A stretch of DNA of 64,000 nt from an uncultured Bacteriovoracaceae bacterium (GTDB lineage Bacteria > Bdellovibrionota > UBA2394): assembly GCA_964626465.1 (NCBI GenBank), contig CAZVFP010000001.1, positions 24,932 through 88,931 of the forward strand, given 5' to 3'. Positions within the stretch are counted from its first letter, which is position 1; the number at the start of each line of letters is the position of its first letter. The position numbers and the translations under genes were made by a program. The notes below the pieces were generated by a model. It made no database searches. It saw nothing but the letters and a program-made list of their open reading frames with translations, and was not told the DNA's origin. Below are positions 19,407-29,451 of this stretch, piece by piece.

Positions 19407-20827
19407 GTTCTAGAAATATCAGACGAGCTCTGGCGATTTTTGCGCTATCTTTTTTGACCTGTGGATGTAAGGCGATTCCTGACGTCGCGTTGGAAGAGAA
19501 TATCGATAAGACAAAAAATCCGGCGAGTTCTTTACCTCAACCGACGAGTCTTGATCAGGCAAATCAGAAGACTCAAAACCAGCCCGAGACCTCTCCTTCT
19601 CCGTCTCCATCTCCGGCAAAGCCGCCTGTGGCGGCTTCTCCTGCGAAACCGGCCCCCGTACCTGCCGCCCCGGTTATTCCTCCTATGCCGCCACCGGTAC
19701 CGGCGCCAGTTCCTCCTCCTGTAAATCCTCCACCAGCGACGCCGACGGCACCCCCGCCAGCTGCGCCAACTCCAACAGCTCCAGTGAATGCGCCGATCGA
19801 TCCGTCATGGCCAGATCCAGCAAAGGATTTGCTCATTGTTTATAATTCAAAGTCCAAAGACAGTGTAGATCTGCTCAATTACTATAGAACGCAGAGAGCT
19901 GCAGGCATTGAGAAGGCCCCCACATTTGCGATAGCGTTTCCAACGTGGTGTGAAGTTGGATCTGATGGCTGCTATTCACCAGATTCCGAGTTAGTTCCCG
20001 GATGGCCAGTTGACTATGCTCAGATTGAAGTTGTTAAGCCAATTCTCGATCATCTGAAAACTCGCCCTACTATAAAACATGTTTTACTCCTCTATGGAAT
20101 CCCCACGAGAAGTGTTAATTTTTCGGAATCGATTTCAAGCCGAATCAGTGGCCCCTCCAATACGAAAGTAACAACGATCAATATGGGTTCCGCAGAATCT
20201 ACGAAAGCCTATATTGACAAGCTCGTGCGGATGAAAAATTCGATGCCACAAACGATGGGGCCGATCATTTCGTCCAAGTCGAGCCCTTTGCGGGGCGTTG
20301 TCTATGGATTCGAAGATGCGGGGTCGAGGTATGGTGGAATTCCTTGGAACGGGCAACAGGGAGAGCTTCGTCGTGATGCGGTTCTCAGTGTTAATCCATC
20401 GGCGATTATTGATTTTAGACCTTTTGGAGCTCAACGAATCAGCACCCTCAAAGATGTTGCAGGTTTTGTCACCTGGGGAGCAAATGGAGGCCGAGAACCG
20501 ACTTACTCAGGCGATGGATCAATTAAGTTTTCCGGAAATTCATCTTGGTGGGTGTTGAACACGATTGAGTCTTTCAATGGTCAGCAACGTGTTGCTTGGC
20601 AGGGCTCATATGAGCGCTGGTTTGCAAAGAATGCATTTGGCTCTGTGAATTATGAGAATACGCCCGTTGCTGCGACGGCGCATACCACCGAGCCTAGCCT
20701 TCTTGGTGTTGCGGACGCGAGTCTCTATGCATGTTGGGAATCTGGAAAACTTTGGATTGATTGCGCAGCATCAGCCACGCGTACGCCAAGCTACTTAAAT
20801 CTGGGTGACCCTTATATCTCTCGATAG
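19391..20827 (+). CDS. Lipoprotein with Pro/Ala-rich linker and a ~330-aa C-terminal domain of unknown function.
   Basis: N-terminus LAIFALSFLTCGC (lipobox-like). The PSPSPSPAKPPVAASPAKPAPVP... tract is about 70 aa. Confidence 0.65.
   Translation: MAIVLGSRNIRRALAIFALSFLTCGCKAIPDVALEENIDKTKNPASSLPQPTSLDQANQKTQNQPETSPSPSPSPAKPPVAASPAKPAPVPAAPVIPPMPPPVPAPVPPPVNPPPATPTAPPPAAPTPTAPVNAPIDPSWPDPAKDLLIVYNSKSKDSVDLLNYYRTQRAAGIEKAPTFAIAFPTWCEVGSDGCYSPDSELVPGWPVDYAQIEVVKPILDHLKTRPTIKHVLLLYGIPTRSVNFSESISSRISGPSNTKVTTINMGSAESTKAYIDKLVRMKNSMPQTMGPIISSKSSPLRGVVYGFEDAGSRYGGIPWNGQQGELRRDAVLSVNPSAIIDFRPFGAQRISTLKDVAGFVTWGANGGREPTYSGDGSIKFSGNSSWWVLNTIESFNGQQRVAWQGSYERWFAKNAFGSVNYENTPVAATAHTTEPSLLGVADASLYACWESGKLWIDCAASATRTPSYLNLGDPYISR
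19590..19800 (+). repeat. Coding Pro/Ala-rich low-complexity linker.
   Basis: ccg/cct/gcg-rich tract encoding PSPSPSPAKPP... Confidence 0.5.
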
Positions 20828-22260
20828 GTGTTGTTGATCTCGAGAGCTTCAAAGAAAATATCTTGAGTCACAATCGAGTCTGCATCGAGCGAAAGCGCAA
20901 GAGTCTGTGGCCGATAACCCGGCGCAGCAAAGTTAAATTCATAGCTTCCAGCGATGAGGGGTTTAAAGAAAATTCCATTTTTGCTGGCTCTTGGTTTTTC
21001 ATCTTTGTATGCCAACCCGTTAATCGAAACGAATCCGTCGATTGGCTGACCCGTCTTTGCGTCTAACATTCGTCCTCTAAGCTGAGGCCCCGCGACCATA
21101 CGATTGAGAAGATAATTCCATCCGGCTCGTTGCCCGATCACTGTTTTGTCTCGCCATTCGTCATAAGACGGCTGGAATCCTTGATCCGAGCCATTTACTT
21201 CGATGACATAAGCAAGCGTATTCACTTCATTGTACATCCACGAAATATCATCTCCGTCGACCGGATATAAAATTTCCCATCCAGTTCCGTAACGATAGGT
21301 TCCTCTGCCATCATCTGTTTTTAGTTTTTTCGCGAGCGACGCGCCGATTTCTCTCACGATCATATTTTCAGGAGTTAAATGATCCTGGCAACCATAGGGA
21401 GCGATCACCAGCTCGCTATAGGAATGATAAGAAATATCCATTGCGAAGTTTTTATCTTTCACGAATTTCATCATTGAAATCGTCTCGGGTTCACTGGCGG
21501 CCTTTTCGCCACGATAGGTTTGATTTCTTTGACTTCCGCTGCTTCCACCGCAGGTTCCCCATTCATAGGGATAGTTTCGATTAAGATCGACGCCCCATGT
21601 CGATTCAGAATCTCCCCGAGCATTCTTTCGCCACCAATTATCCTTTGTCCAAGCAATATCATTTCCATCAGGATTGAATTGCGGGAGTATCCAGATGGCC
21701 AGATTTTTGAGCCAGACATTCACCCAGGGTGTTTCTGGATTGTCGTAGTTTGTGACGAGATAGTTCATGATGTCAGTAGTGATTTCCGTTGTCATGATTT
21801 CGCGAGCGTGATGCATGCCATTGAAGAGGATGGTTGGCTTATAGTCGATATTGTCGGGTGTCGAAATGCGAACTGCAAAAATCGGTTTGCCACGCAGACT
21901 ATTTCCAATTGATTCAACGTGGACTAATTCCGGATACTTCTCTTGCAAGGCTCGAATATTGGAGACAATTTTAGCATATGTCTGGTAGCGGGGATCGATG
22001 CCGCCAATCTGTTCACGGATGATTTCGACACTGTAACCACTGTCTTTCAATAGTTCGAAATATTCGGGGGATCCAACAATATCGAGTGTATTTTTTTCAA
22101 GATCTTGGCCTGCAATATCAATAGAACCAGGAATGCTTTGGATGCGCATTTCAGAATCTCTCAGGTTCAGGCGGATCAACACTTTAGGGTCTTCGATTTC
22201 ACTCTGAGCGACGGTGATTTGCGAGACGAACAGCAAAGCGATAGCATAAATATATTTCAT
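20812..22260 (-). CDS. Secreted M14-family zinc carboxypeptidase with C-terminal carboxypeptidase-regulatory-like domain.
   Basis: Signal peptide. NGMHHAREIMT (HxxE zinc ligand). DLNRNYPYEWG, SYHSYSELV. Confidence 0.9.
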   Translation of the reverse strand: MKYIYAIALLFVSQITVAQSEIEDPKVLIRLNLRDSEMRIQSIPGSIDIAGQDLEKNTLDIVGSPEYFELLKDSGYSVEIIREQIGGIDPRYQTYAKIVSNIRALQEKYPELVHVESIGNSLRGKPIFAVRISTPDNIDYKPTILFNGMHHAREIMTTEITTDIMNYLVTNYDNPETPWVNVWLKNLAIWILPQFNPDGNDIAWTKDNWWRKNARGDSESTWGVDLNRNYPYEWGTCGGSSGSQRNQTYRGEKAASEPETISMMKFVKDKNFAMDISYHSYSELVIAPYGCQDHLTPENMIVREIGASLAKKLKTDDGRGTYRYGTGWEILYPVDGDDISWMYNEVNTLAYVIEVNGSDQGFQPSYDEWRDKTVIGQRAGWNYLLNRMVAGPQLRGRMLDAKTGQPIDGFVSINGLAYKDEKPRASKNGIFFKPLIAGSYEFNFAAPGYRPQTLALSLDADSIVTQDIFFEALEINNTYREI

Positions 22261-22418
22261 TTATCTTTCCTCCCTCCAAGGATCTGATGATTCAGATATC
22301 ACTATTCTACCGACACAGACGTTCTTATCCCACAAATTTGGAGGGCGGCTTCAAGGTAAATCTGAATGCAGAGAGACTGCGCTATGCGCCACAATGAAAT
22401 GCGTTGATGAAATGTGGT

Positions 22419-23591
22419 TTATTTTGCAGCAGGATCTTTTTGCTTGGGAGGATCATAAAAAATTTTCTCAAGTCCCTTCCAGTAGCCCTTCATGAGTTCC
22501 GATAGTCGATTCTGCTCCGCGGGCCCAATAGTAAAATTTGTTTTGATTTCTTTTTCACGCTTCTGCATGACTTCAATAGTTTTAATTCCGAGAGCTGTGA
22601 ATTCTGGATCGTCGTCAAAAAGATCTCGAGTGAATTGAGAGTTCAACGCTTTTGCTGCTTCAACGGCCGCTTGTGGGCTTGATACCTTATCGACTGTATC
22701 TACAAGTGTTTGAGCAACTGAGAGCTGAGCTTCATCTTCAACTAGAATCTGAATTTTTGAAATCATGTCAACGAACGGTTTTATCGGGTCTTCAGCTTTG
22801 TGGTCCGTAAAATATTCAAGACGTTTTTTAAAAAAAACCATCGCCAATTCCGTGGCTTCGATATCATCAATTCCAAAAAGCAAATCCATGCGGTCATGAT
22901 TTTGCGCATACCAGGTGATATAGGAAATGGTTTCGCTGTCTGATGTCCGTCTTGCAATTTGCACAACGAGATCAACTTTTTCATGCGAGACTAAATAATC
23001 CATAATATCTGGGCTGAAGGTTGAATGATGTTTTTCAACAAATGTTTCAAGCGCCAGCTCGCCGAGATACGACGTCTTGCCGTCAAGAATTTCCACGATA
23101 TCTGAGCTTACAAAATTGACTGCGCCAAGCAGACCGATGAGTTCCGCGGCCAATCTTCTGACAGGACCATCAAGAGGTGTTAGCTCTGTGGCGGGCAATT
23201 TGAGTACATCGACGATCGATTCGACGAGTTCTGGGTAGTTCACAAGGTTGATGTTTTCAGGTAGCTTCTTGATTTCTTCGAGGCCCATTTTCACTACAGC
23301 GAGACTCTTGGTATATTTGATGCGCCTTAATGCAAGTTCAACGATTGAGCGCTGCTCTGGTGTTCCAAGAAATGGTTTTTTCGGAACATGCATTCTCCAC
23401 TTAAATACCGGCGTAACAACAGGTGCATTGGTACCGGGGGTACCAGGTGTACCGGGGGCACCGGGAATCTCAATGGGTGAAGTCGTTGGAGGGCTGTTTG
23501 TGTCCGAGGTTTGAGCCGCGAGTGGGTATGCAGTAAAAGACATTGTGCATACAAATATGGCTGTCGAAACTTCCCTCATCCCAACTACCAA
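22419..23591 (-). CDS. Secreted hypothetical protein.
   Basis: Signal peptide FVCTMSFTAYPLAAQ, then a GAPGTPGTPGT low-complexity segment. The rest is predicted alpha-rich. Confidence 0.6.
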   Translation of the reverse strand: MVVGMREVSTAIFVCTMSFTAYPLAAQTSDTNSPPTTSPIEIPGAPGTPGTPGTNAPVVTPVFKWRMHVPKKPFLGTPEQRSIVELALRRIKYTKSLAVVKMGLEEIKKLPENINLVNYPELVESIVDVLKLPATELTPLDGPVRRLAAELIGLLGAVNFVSSDIVEILDGKTSYLGELALETFVEKHHSTFSPDIMDYLVSHEKVDLVVQIARRTSDSETISYITWYAQNHDRMDLLFGIDDIEATELAMVFFKKRLEYFTDHKAEDPIKPFVDMISKIQILVEDEAQLSVAQTLVDTVDKVSSPQAAVEAAKALNSQFTRDLFDDDPEFTALGIKTIEVMQKREKEIKTNFTIGPAEQNRLSELMKGYWKGLEKIFYDPPKQKDPAAK

Positions 23592-23705
23592 TTTAGTCGC
23601 GACAGTTTCGAATAGACAAGTATTATCAGTCGGTTGACTGTGCGTTGTAAGCTCGAATTGGTGCGTGCAGGAATTCTCGAATCGAGCTAGTAGTAAAACA
23701 CCCTT

Positions 23706-25649
23706 ATGGTAAAGCCCGCCCCGATTCCATTCGATTCAAAGACTCTTTATCGCGAGGCCTGTCGCTTTTTTCTGCCGACGTCGCGTGAAGAAATGCAGTG
23801 GAAGGGTTGGTCCGAACTTGATGTGCTTCTTGTTTCAGGCGATGCATATGTCGACCATCCGACTTTTGGCATTCCCTGTCTCGGCCGGTTTTTGGAAAGC
23901 CTTGGACTGAGAGTCGGAATTATTCCTCAGCCGCGCTGGGAGTCCATCGACGATTTTTTAGTCATGGGGCGCCCTCGATTGTTTGTGGGGGTCTCTTCTG
24001 GAACTGTTGACAGCATGATCAATAACTATACGGCGAATAAAAAATTTCGTTCTGACGACATGTATTCTGAGGACGGAAAAGGCGGAAACAGGCCGGACTA
24101 TGCGAGTCTCGTGTATTCAAAATTGGCGCGACAAGCTTTTCCAGAGACGCCAGTCATCGTCGGCGGTGTGGAGGCCAGCTTGCGACGCTTGGCACATTAC
24201 GACTATTGGCAAAACAGAATTCGACCCTCGATTCTATTAGAGCTCGAGGCAGACCTGATGGTTTTTGGCATGGGTGAAAGACAGTGCCGCGCATTGGTGA
24301 AAGAACTGCAAAAAGTTGAAACTCAAACTGGCTGTGCAGTGAATATTGGCGACCCACTTGCGCAAGCAGCCATTGCGAAGATGAAGCGTGAGCGAGGTTT
24401 TGCTTATTTGACGACCAAAGAAATTGCGCGTGAGCTTGAACCAAGACTCACTCTTCCCTCTTTTGAAGAAGTTCGTGATGACAAGAAAAAATTTGCAAAG
24501 GCTTCACTGTTTATCGAAAAAGAAGCGAGCCCTTATAATGGGCGTCGTTTGGTTCAGTATCATGGCAATAAGGCGGCAGTGATCAATCCCCCAGCATTGC
24601 CATTGACCACGGCTGAACTAGATGCCGTTTATGAGTTGCCTTATACAAAACAGAAACATCCCCGATATACGAAGCGCATTCCCGCCGCCGAGATGATTCA
24701 ATTTTCAATCAATTCGACTCGTGGATGCTTTGGCGGATGTTCGTTTTGTGCCATCACATTGCACCAAGGACGTATTGTTCAATCTCGATCGGAAGAAAGT
24801 CTCTTGAAAGAATTAGAGGGATTAAATCAGGTGAATGGATTTAAGGGTATCGTCAGCGATATCGGAGGCCCCACAGCCAATATGTATAAGCTCCGATGCA
24901 AGAGCGAAGATATTCAGAGTAAGTGCCGAAAACTGTCGTGCGTACATCCTGGGGTTTGCCCACATTTGCATACGGATCATACTCCGCAGGTAGGATTGCT
25001 GAAAAAAGCGCGGAAGATTCCTGGAATCAGAAAAATTTCGATCGCCTCGGGGCTTCGGTACGATATCGCGCTTGCCGATAAGAAAGCTGGCCACGAATAC
25101 TTGAAAGAGTTGATTCAAAATCACGTCGGCGGACACTTGAAGGTTGCGCCAGAGCATTTAGATTCTGAAGTCCTGCATTTGATGAAAAAGCCAGGCCTGA
25201 AAGACTTTGATGAATTCGTGAGCTATTTCGAAAGAGTTTCACAGGAAGCTGGAAAAGAGCAATATATCGTCCCTTATTTCATCAGTGGTTTTCCTGGAAC
25301 TACTCACGAGAAAATGGAAGGGATCTACGAATACTTGAGATCCAAAGGATGGAACTTGCAGCAAGTTCAGGCTTTTATTCCTACTCCTATGACTTTGGCC
25401 ACGGCTATGTACTGGACCGGTTTGGATCCTCAAACGAGAAAGCCCTTGTTTGTTGCGAAAACATTTGAAGATCGAAAGCTGCAGCAGGCCCTTCTGCAGC
25501 CGCACAAAGAGCAAAACCACGAATCGGTGCGACGCTATTTTCAAAAGAAACAAAGAACGCCTGCAAAGACGAGTCAGAATCCGCGAGCTGTTATTGGTCG
25601 AGTTCCCCGCAAAAACATGGGGCCTCATTTGCTTCTTGATCAGCGCTGA
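23706..25649 (+). CDS. ygiQ: YgiQ-family (UPF0313) radical SAM protein.
   Basis: CFGGCSFC (CxxxCxxC radical-SAM cluster). YgiQ-like N-terminal LLVSGDAYVDHPTFG. Length 647 aa. Confidence 0.9.
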   Translation: MVKPAPIPFDSKTLYREACRFFLPTSREEMQWKGWSELDVLLVSGDAYVDHPTFGIPCLGRFLESLGLRVGIIPQPRWESIDDFLVMGRPRLFVGVSSGTVDSMINNYTANKKFRSDDMYSEDGKGGNRPDYASLVYSKLARQAFPETPVIVGGVEASLRRLAHYDYWQNRIRPSILLELEADLMVFGMGERQCRALVKELQKVETQTGCAVNIGDPLAQAAIAKMKRERGFAYLTTKEIARELEPRLTLPSFEEVRDDKKKFAKASLFIEKEASPYNGRRLVQYHGNKAAVINPPALPLTTAELDAVYELPYTKQKHPRYTKRIPAAEMIQFSINSTRGCFGGCSFCAITLHQGRIVQSRSEESLLKELEGLNQVNGFKGIVSDIGGPTANMYKLRCKSEDIQSKCRKLSCVHPGVCPHLHTDHTPQVGLLKKARKIPGIRKISIASGLRYDIALADKKAGHEYLKELIQNHVGGHLKVAPEHLDSEVLHLMKKPGLKDFDEFVSYFERVSQEAGKEQYIVPYFISGFPGTTHEKMEGIYEYLRSKGWNLQQVQAFIPTPMTLATAMYWTGLDPQTRKPLFVAKTFEDRKLQQALLQPHKEQNHESVRRYFQKKQRTPAKTSQNPRAVIGRVPRKNMGPHLLLDQR

Positions 25650-25951
25650 GGCGCCGTCATATTCATTTTTAGCGGGATATTTTGCTGTCGCTCTAAGATA
25701 TCGAGAGTTTCATGCGCTCTAAAATTTTTTTCTCTATCGTCTATATCTAGTTCTTCCGGATTTGACTTATCCGGCGTTAGGCTGCCCACGATGAAGGTGC
25801 CGATAATTGTGCTGAGAATCAGGCTGGTCAATGCCATCACTTCAGGATCATGAATTTTTGTTTCCGCGTGAATATTATTTCTTGATGTCGACATGAGAAG
25901 CAACAGCGAGATAAGTAGTGACCGACCGACAAAACAAATATTTTTTCTCAC
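25640..25951 (-). CDS. Small hypothetical protein with signal/TM segments.
   Basis: 103-aa ORF. Convergent 10-bp overlap with ygiQ. Weak support. Confidence 0.3.
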   Translation of the reverse strand: MRKNICFVGRSLLISLLLLMSTSRNNIHAETKIHDPEVMALTSLILSTIIGTFIVGSLTPDKSNPEELDIDDREKNFRAHETLDILERQQNIPLKMNMTAPQR

Positions 25952-26050
25952 TAGTGCTTTCTGACATCTTGATCGATTCTTGTGAAGATCTTTATGTGCG
26001 TGATTGCCAGCTGACTTGCAGCGAGGTTACATAGCTTACCGAGAAGGGAT

Positions 26051-27604
26051 TTGATATTGCCTCAAAAAATACTTCAGCTGTTCATTTCATTTTCATTCAG
26101 CGTGATGTTGCTGCTGTTGCAGAATCTCGGCGCCCAAAGCTTGATGTGGACGTCTCATCGATATTTTCTTGATCAGCGCGAAAATTTATTTGTGTCAAAT
26201 AGTTCGCCGTCCCAGTTATTGGGAAATTATCCGTCACTGTTCGAACGTCGTTCTATGGTTTTCAGGAATTTAACTGCGGATACATTTTTTCGACCCACAC
26301 GGGAGCGTTTTTCGATTCAGTGGAATGCGCAAGTGGCGGGTCTTTATCAGCAGCCCTATCGTGAGCCTCTCATGGGCTCAGACCGCTGGCCTGTGCATTA
26401 TTCGGACGTTGTACACGATTCTGAGGGCCTTCTTTCGCATCAACCCATCGAAGGAGCTCATTCTTGGACGGGTCTAGAAGCGCAGTGGATGCCGAGTAGT
26501 TGGCTTGGTTTGAGTGGCAAGATTTCGTCTGGAAAAAATTGGCGAAAGGACGATTTATGGTGGCAAGTTGACGAGCTTTATACCGATATTCGCATAAACA
26601 AATTGATTCTCTCTGTAGGACGAAAGCCTCTGTTTTGGGGACAAAATGGAACTGGATCATTTCTACAGTCATTGAACGCGAAAAATCTCGACCTTATTGA
26701 ACTGACGAATTTGCCGCTCATCCTTCCCTCTTTTTTTCGCCATTTGGGGCCAGTGAAAGCTGACTTTTTCTTCTCTCGTCTCGATGCTGAAAGACTTCCA
26801 TCGAATGATTTTTTCTCGGGCTGGCGACTTGGTTTTAAGCCAACGAAAAAATTCGAGATGAATATTTCTGGAGTGTATCAATGGGGAGGAGACTCGATTG
26901 CTTCAGAATCTTGGTATCATGCACTTGTAGAATATTTTGGGGGGCGGGTTCAGACAGGTTCCACCAACCTGGATACATCGAATTTCTTTAATCGTGCGGG
27001 CTTGCTCGATTGGCGGTTGACGTTTAGCGACTGGAAATATCCAACCTCATTCTACAGCGAGAATCATTTGGAAGATTGCTGTGGAAATCCATTTTTTCTT
27101 CTCAAGAAGGCTGTCTCATACTCTTATGGAGCCCATGTACTGTCGAGTCATGAACCAGATGCATGGCGATTCAGACTCGAGTATTTAAAGACGGGAAACG
27201 CCATTTATTATCATCAGACTTGGCCCTCTGCTGCATCAAACGCAGGGCGTTTGATGGGTCACGATATGGGGCGAGATGCTCAAGAAATTTATGTCGAGGT
27301 TGCAAAAAACTTAAGTCCTTTGAGAATCGACTGTCGTCTCTATGGATTCTGGAGGGAACGACTTAGAACTGGCCGATTATCAACGGTCTCGGAGGTTCCG
27401 GACGTCGACGCACATGGTTTGATTCCCTATTTCACGGAAAGTGAAAAAACTTCAGCCATCGGTTTCAATATGAAATGGGCATGGTCGAAGTTTCTTGTTT
27501 TTGATGCCGGGGGTCTGATTGATTATGTTTTTAACAAAGAAGGCCGAGGGGGTGTAAATAGGCTCGAAGGTGGCTTCCAAATGGGGTTTTCGGCCTTGTT
27601 TTAG
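26051..27604 (+). CDS. Putative outer-membrane beta-barrel protein (possibly Wzi-like capsule/glycan-associated).
   Basis: Signal peptide. Amphipathic beta-rich composition. C-terminal ...GFSALF ends in an aromatic residue, which is typical of OMP barrels. Confidence 0.55.
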   Translation: MILPQKILQLFISFSFSVMLLLLQNLGAQSLMWTSHRYFLDQRENLFVSNSSPSQLLGNYPSLFERRSMVFRNLTADTFFRPTRERFSIQWNAQVAGLYQQPYREPLMGSDRWPVHYSDVVHDSEGLLSHQPIEGAHSWTGLEAQWMPSSWLGLSGKISSGKNWRKDDLWWQVDELYTDIRINKLILSVGRKPLFWGQNGTGSFLQSLNAKNLDLIELTNLPLILPSFFRHLGPVKADFFFSRLDAERLPSNDFFSGWRLGFKPTKKFEMNISGVYQWGGDSIASESWYHALVEYFGGRVQTGSTNLDTSNFFNRAGLLDWRLTFSDWKYPTSFYSENHLEDCCGNPFFLLKKAVSYSYGAHVLSSHEPDAWRFRLEYLKTGNAIYYHQTWPSAASNAGRLMGHDMGRDAQEIYVEVAKNLSPLRIDCRLYGFWRERLRTGRLSTVSEVPDVDAHGLIPYFTESEKTSAIGFNMKWAWSKFLVFDAGGLIDYVFNKEGRGGVNRLEGGFQMGFSALF

Positions 27605-27651
27605 GCCTCGTCCTCGATAGACACGGGCCTTAAATTGTAATTATCTACGTC

Positions 27652-29433
27652 ATGCTCGCGGTCGTTCCACGACGGATTAAAATTCGTGTCAGCGTTTTGT
27701 CAGTTGTCGCCGCAGCCATCATCTTTGCGCCGTGGTCGTTTTCTCAGTCGATCGTTTTCAATCTTGTGTGGACTTTATTGAGTGTCTTGTTTGGGCTCTA
27801 TATGCTCTGGTGTTATTGGCCAAAACTCAATTGGGGAATCGGTCGTGAAATATCAGGATCCCTCGCGATTGTGGCTGGCCAGAAATTCTCATTAACTTTT
27901 GATGATGGCCCTACACCGGGGCTCACTGAAAAAATTTTGGATATTCTTACTGCCACAAATATAAGGGCTTCGTTCTTTGTCTTGCTTCCAAAAGCGAGAG
28001 AGAATCCTGACCTTATTCGACGCATCGTCAACGAGGGTCATGAGCTCGGCCTGCACGGTGAAGATCATCGTTCTCCATTCTTTAGAACGCCTCAAGATCT
28101 CTTTTTGTCTCTGTCGCGCGCGAAGGCTGAGCTAGAAAATATAGCCGGTCGATCCGTAGATCTGTATCGACCGAGTCATGGTTGGAAAAATATAGCTCTG
28201 CTGATCGCTGTGAGACGTGCTTCTCTAAAAATCGTGCAATGGGATTTGGGCGTTTGGGATACAGCCAATCCGGATCTCAATACTTTATTTGATCGATTGA
28301 AACTCTCTTCTTCCGCTTCACATGAAAACAATAGAAAGACAATTTTACTCCATGATGGTAAAAATGATGACCCTCAGATGCCCGCTCATGGTGTCGTTCT
28401 CTTAAGTGCTCTCGAGAAGTGGTTGCGTTTTGAGAATTCTCATCGCAGTGATCAATCTAATTCGACTACTCGCGTTGCATTTGGGGGATGGCTTGGTTTC
28501 TTCGTCGTGGTGGCCCTTTCAATCTTGGCGGTTCGTCACATTAACTTTCAAGCTTTTTTAATTTCGCTTAAATCACAATCGTTATTAGCTCTTTTTTGTG
28601 TTTGTGCTGGAAATCTAGTCGCGACTTTCTTCCAAGGGTTGCGTTTTTTTTGGCTTTTACCAAATTCAAATATTTCAGCGTTGCGACAGGTGGGGCTCCA
28701 ATTCGTTGTGAATTCAGGAAATATCTTGCTTCCCTTTCGGGCGAGCGAAGTCATTCGACCTCTATTCTTAAAAAAATGGGAAGATAGAATTTCAATTAAG
28801 GAGCTGATCCTCTGGACCGTGGTCGATAAATTCCTAGAGGCTCTGAGCTTTTTACCATTTCTGCTTGTAGCTTCAGAAATGTTTTCAATTTCTAGGATAT
28901 GGCTTTTCGTCGCCATTGCTCTCGGTGGAGCGGGAATTTTCTTCTGGCGCAGGAGGTGGCCGCATATTCAGCCTCGTTCTTTAATTCTTGCAACGCTGGC
29001 GTCTTGCGCTATGTGGACAGCCTATGTTTTTTCGTTTGGAGTTCTGTTTTCTTCTTGGAAGTTGGGTTTTGGGGCAACCATTGCGACCACTCTTGGATCT
29101 GTGATTCCTGCGGGCCCTGCGAGTATTGGAACGTTTGAAGCGGCGCTTACCTGGTTTCTTGAAAGCTTTAAGCAGATGCCTGCCTCTGAAGCTTTGGCAG
29201 TGGCCGTTGCGGCGCATGGAAGTCTGATCTTTTCAAGTTTAATGGTTGGGGTGCCGCTGATCATGACTTGGGGCTGGCCGAAGCGACATGGTGAGATGAT
29301 TTCAAAAGTTCGAGTGCCACTTCGTTATAAGTTCACCAATACTTTGGTCTATATCTGCGCGTTTATTATGATTGTTTTTTCGTTTGCCATTTGGATTCCA
29401 GAATCGCGAATGCCCAAGGTGAATAGGAATTAA
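27652..29433 (+). CDS. Polysaccharide deacetylase (NodB homology domain) fused to a C-terminal lysyl-PG-synthase-like (MprF/UPF0104-type) transmembrane domain.
   Basis: NodB motifs TFDDGP and HELGLHGEDH, LYRPSHGW. N-terminal TM helices and about 8 C-terminal TM helices. Confidence 0.75.
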   Translation: MLAVVPRRIKIRVSVLSVVAAAIIFAPWSFSQSIVFNLVWTLLSVLFGLYMLWCYWPKLNWGIGREISGSLAIVAGQKFSLTFDDGPTPGLTEKILDILTATNIRASFFVLLPKARENPDLIRRIVNEGHELGLHGEDHRSPFFRTPQDLFLSLSRAKAELENIAGRSVDLYRPSHGWKNIALLIAVRRASLKIVQWDLGVWDTANPDLNTLFDRLKLSSSASHENNRKTILLHDGKNDDPQMPAHGVVLLSALEKWLRFENSHRSDQSNSTTRVAFGGWLGFFVVVALSILAVRHINFQAFLISLKSQSLLALFCVCAGNLVATFFQGLRFFWLLPNSNISALRQVGLQFVVNSGNILLPFRASEVIRPLFLKKWEDRISIKELILWTVVDKFLEALSFLPFLLVASEMFSISRIWLFVAIALGGAGIFFWRRRWPHIQPRSLILATLASCAMWTAYVFSFGVLFSSWKLGFGATIATTLGSVIPAGPASIGTFEAALTWFLESFKQMPASEALAVAVAAHGSLIFSSLMVGVPLIMTWGWPKRHGEMISKVRVPLRYKFTNTLVYICAFIMIVFSFAIWIPESRMPKVNRN

Positions 29434-29451
29434 GATGAATAGGAACCTGCG

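Noticed and set aside
28548-29264. Antisense and alternative-frame ORFs (63-122 aa) within the deacetylase-TM fusion gene.
   Set aside because: They are embedded in a long CDS with clear NodB motifs. Their Arg/Lys-rich odd composition is typical of out-of-frame translation.
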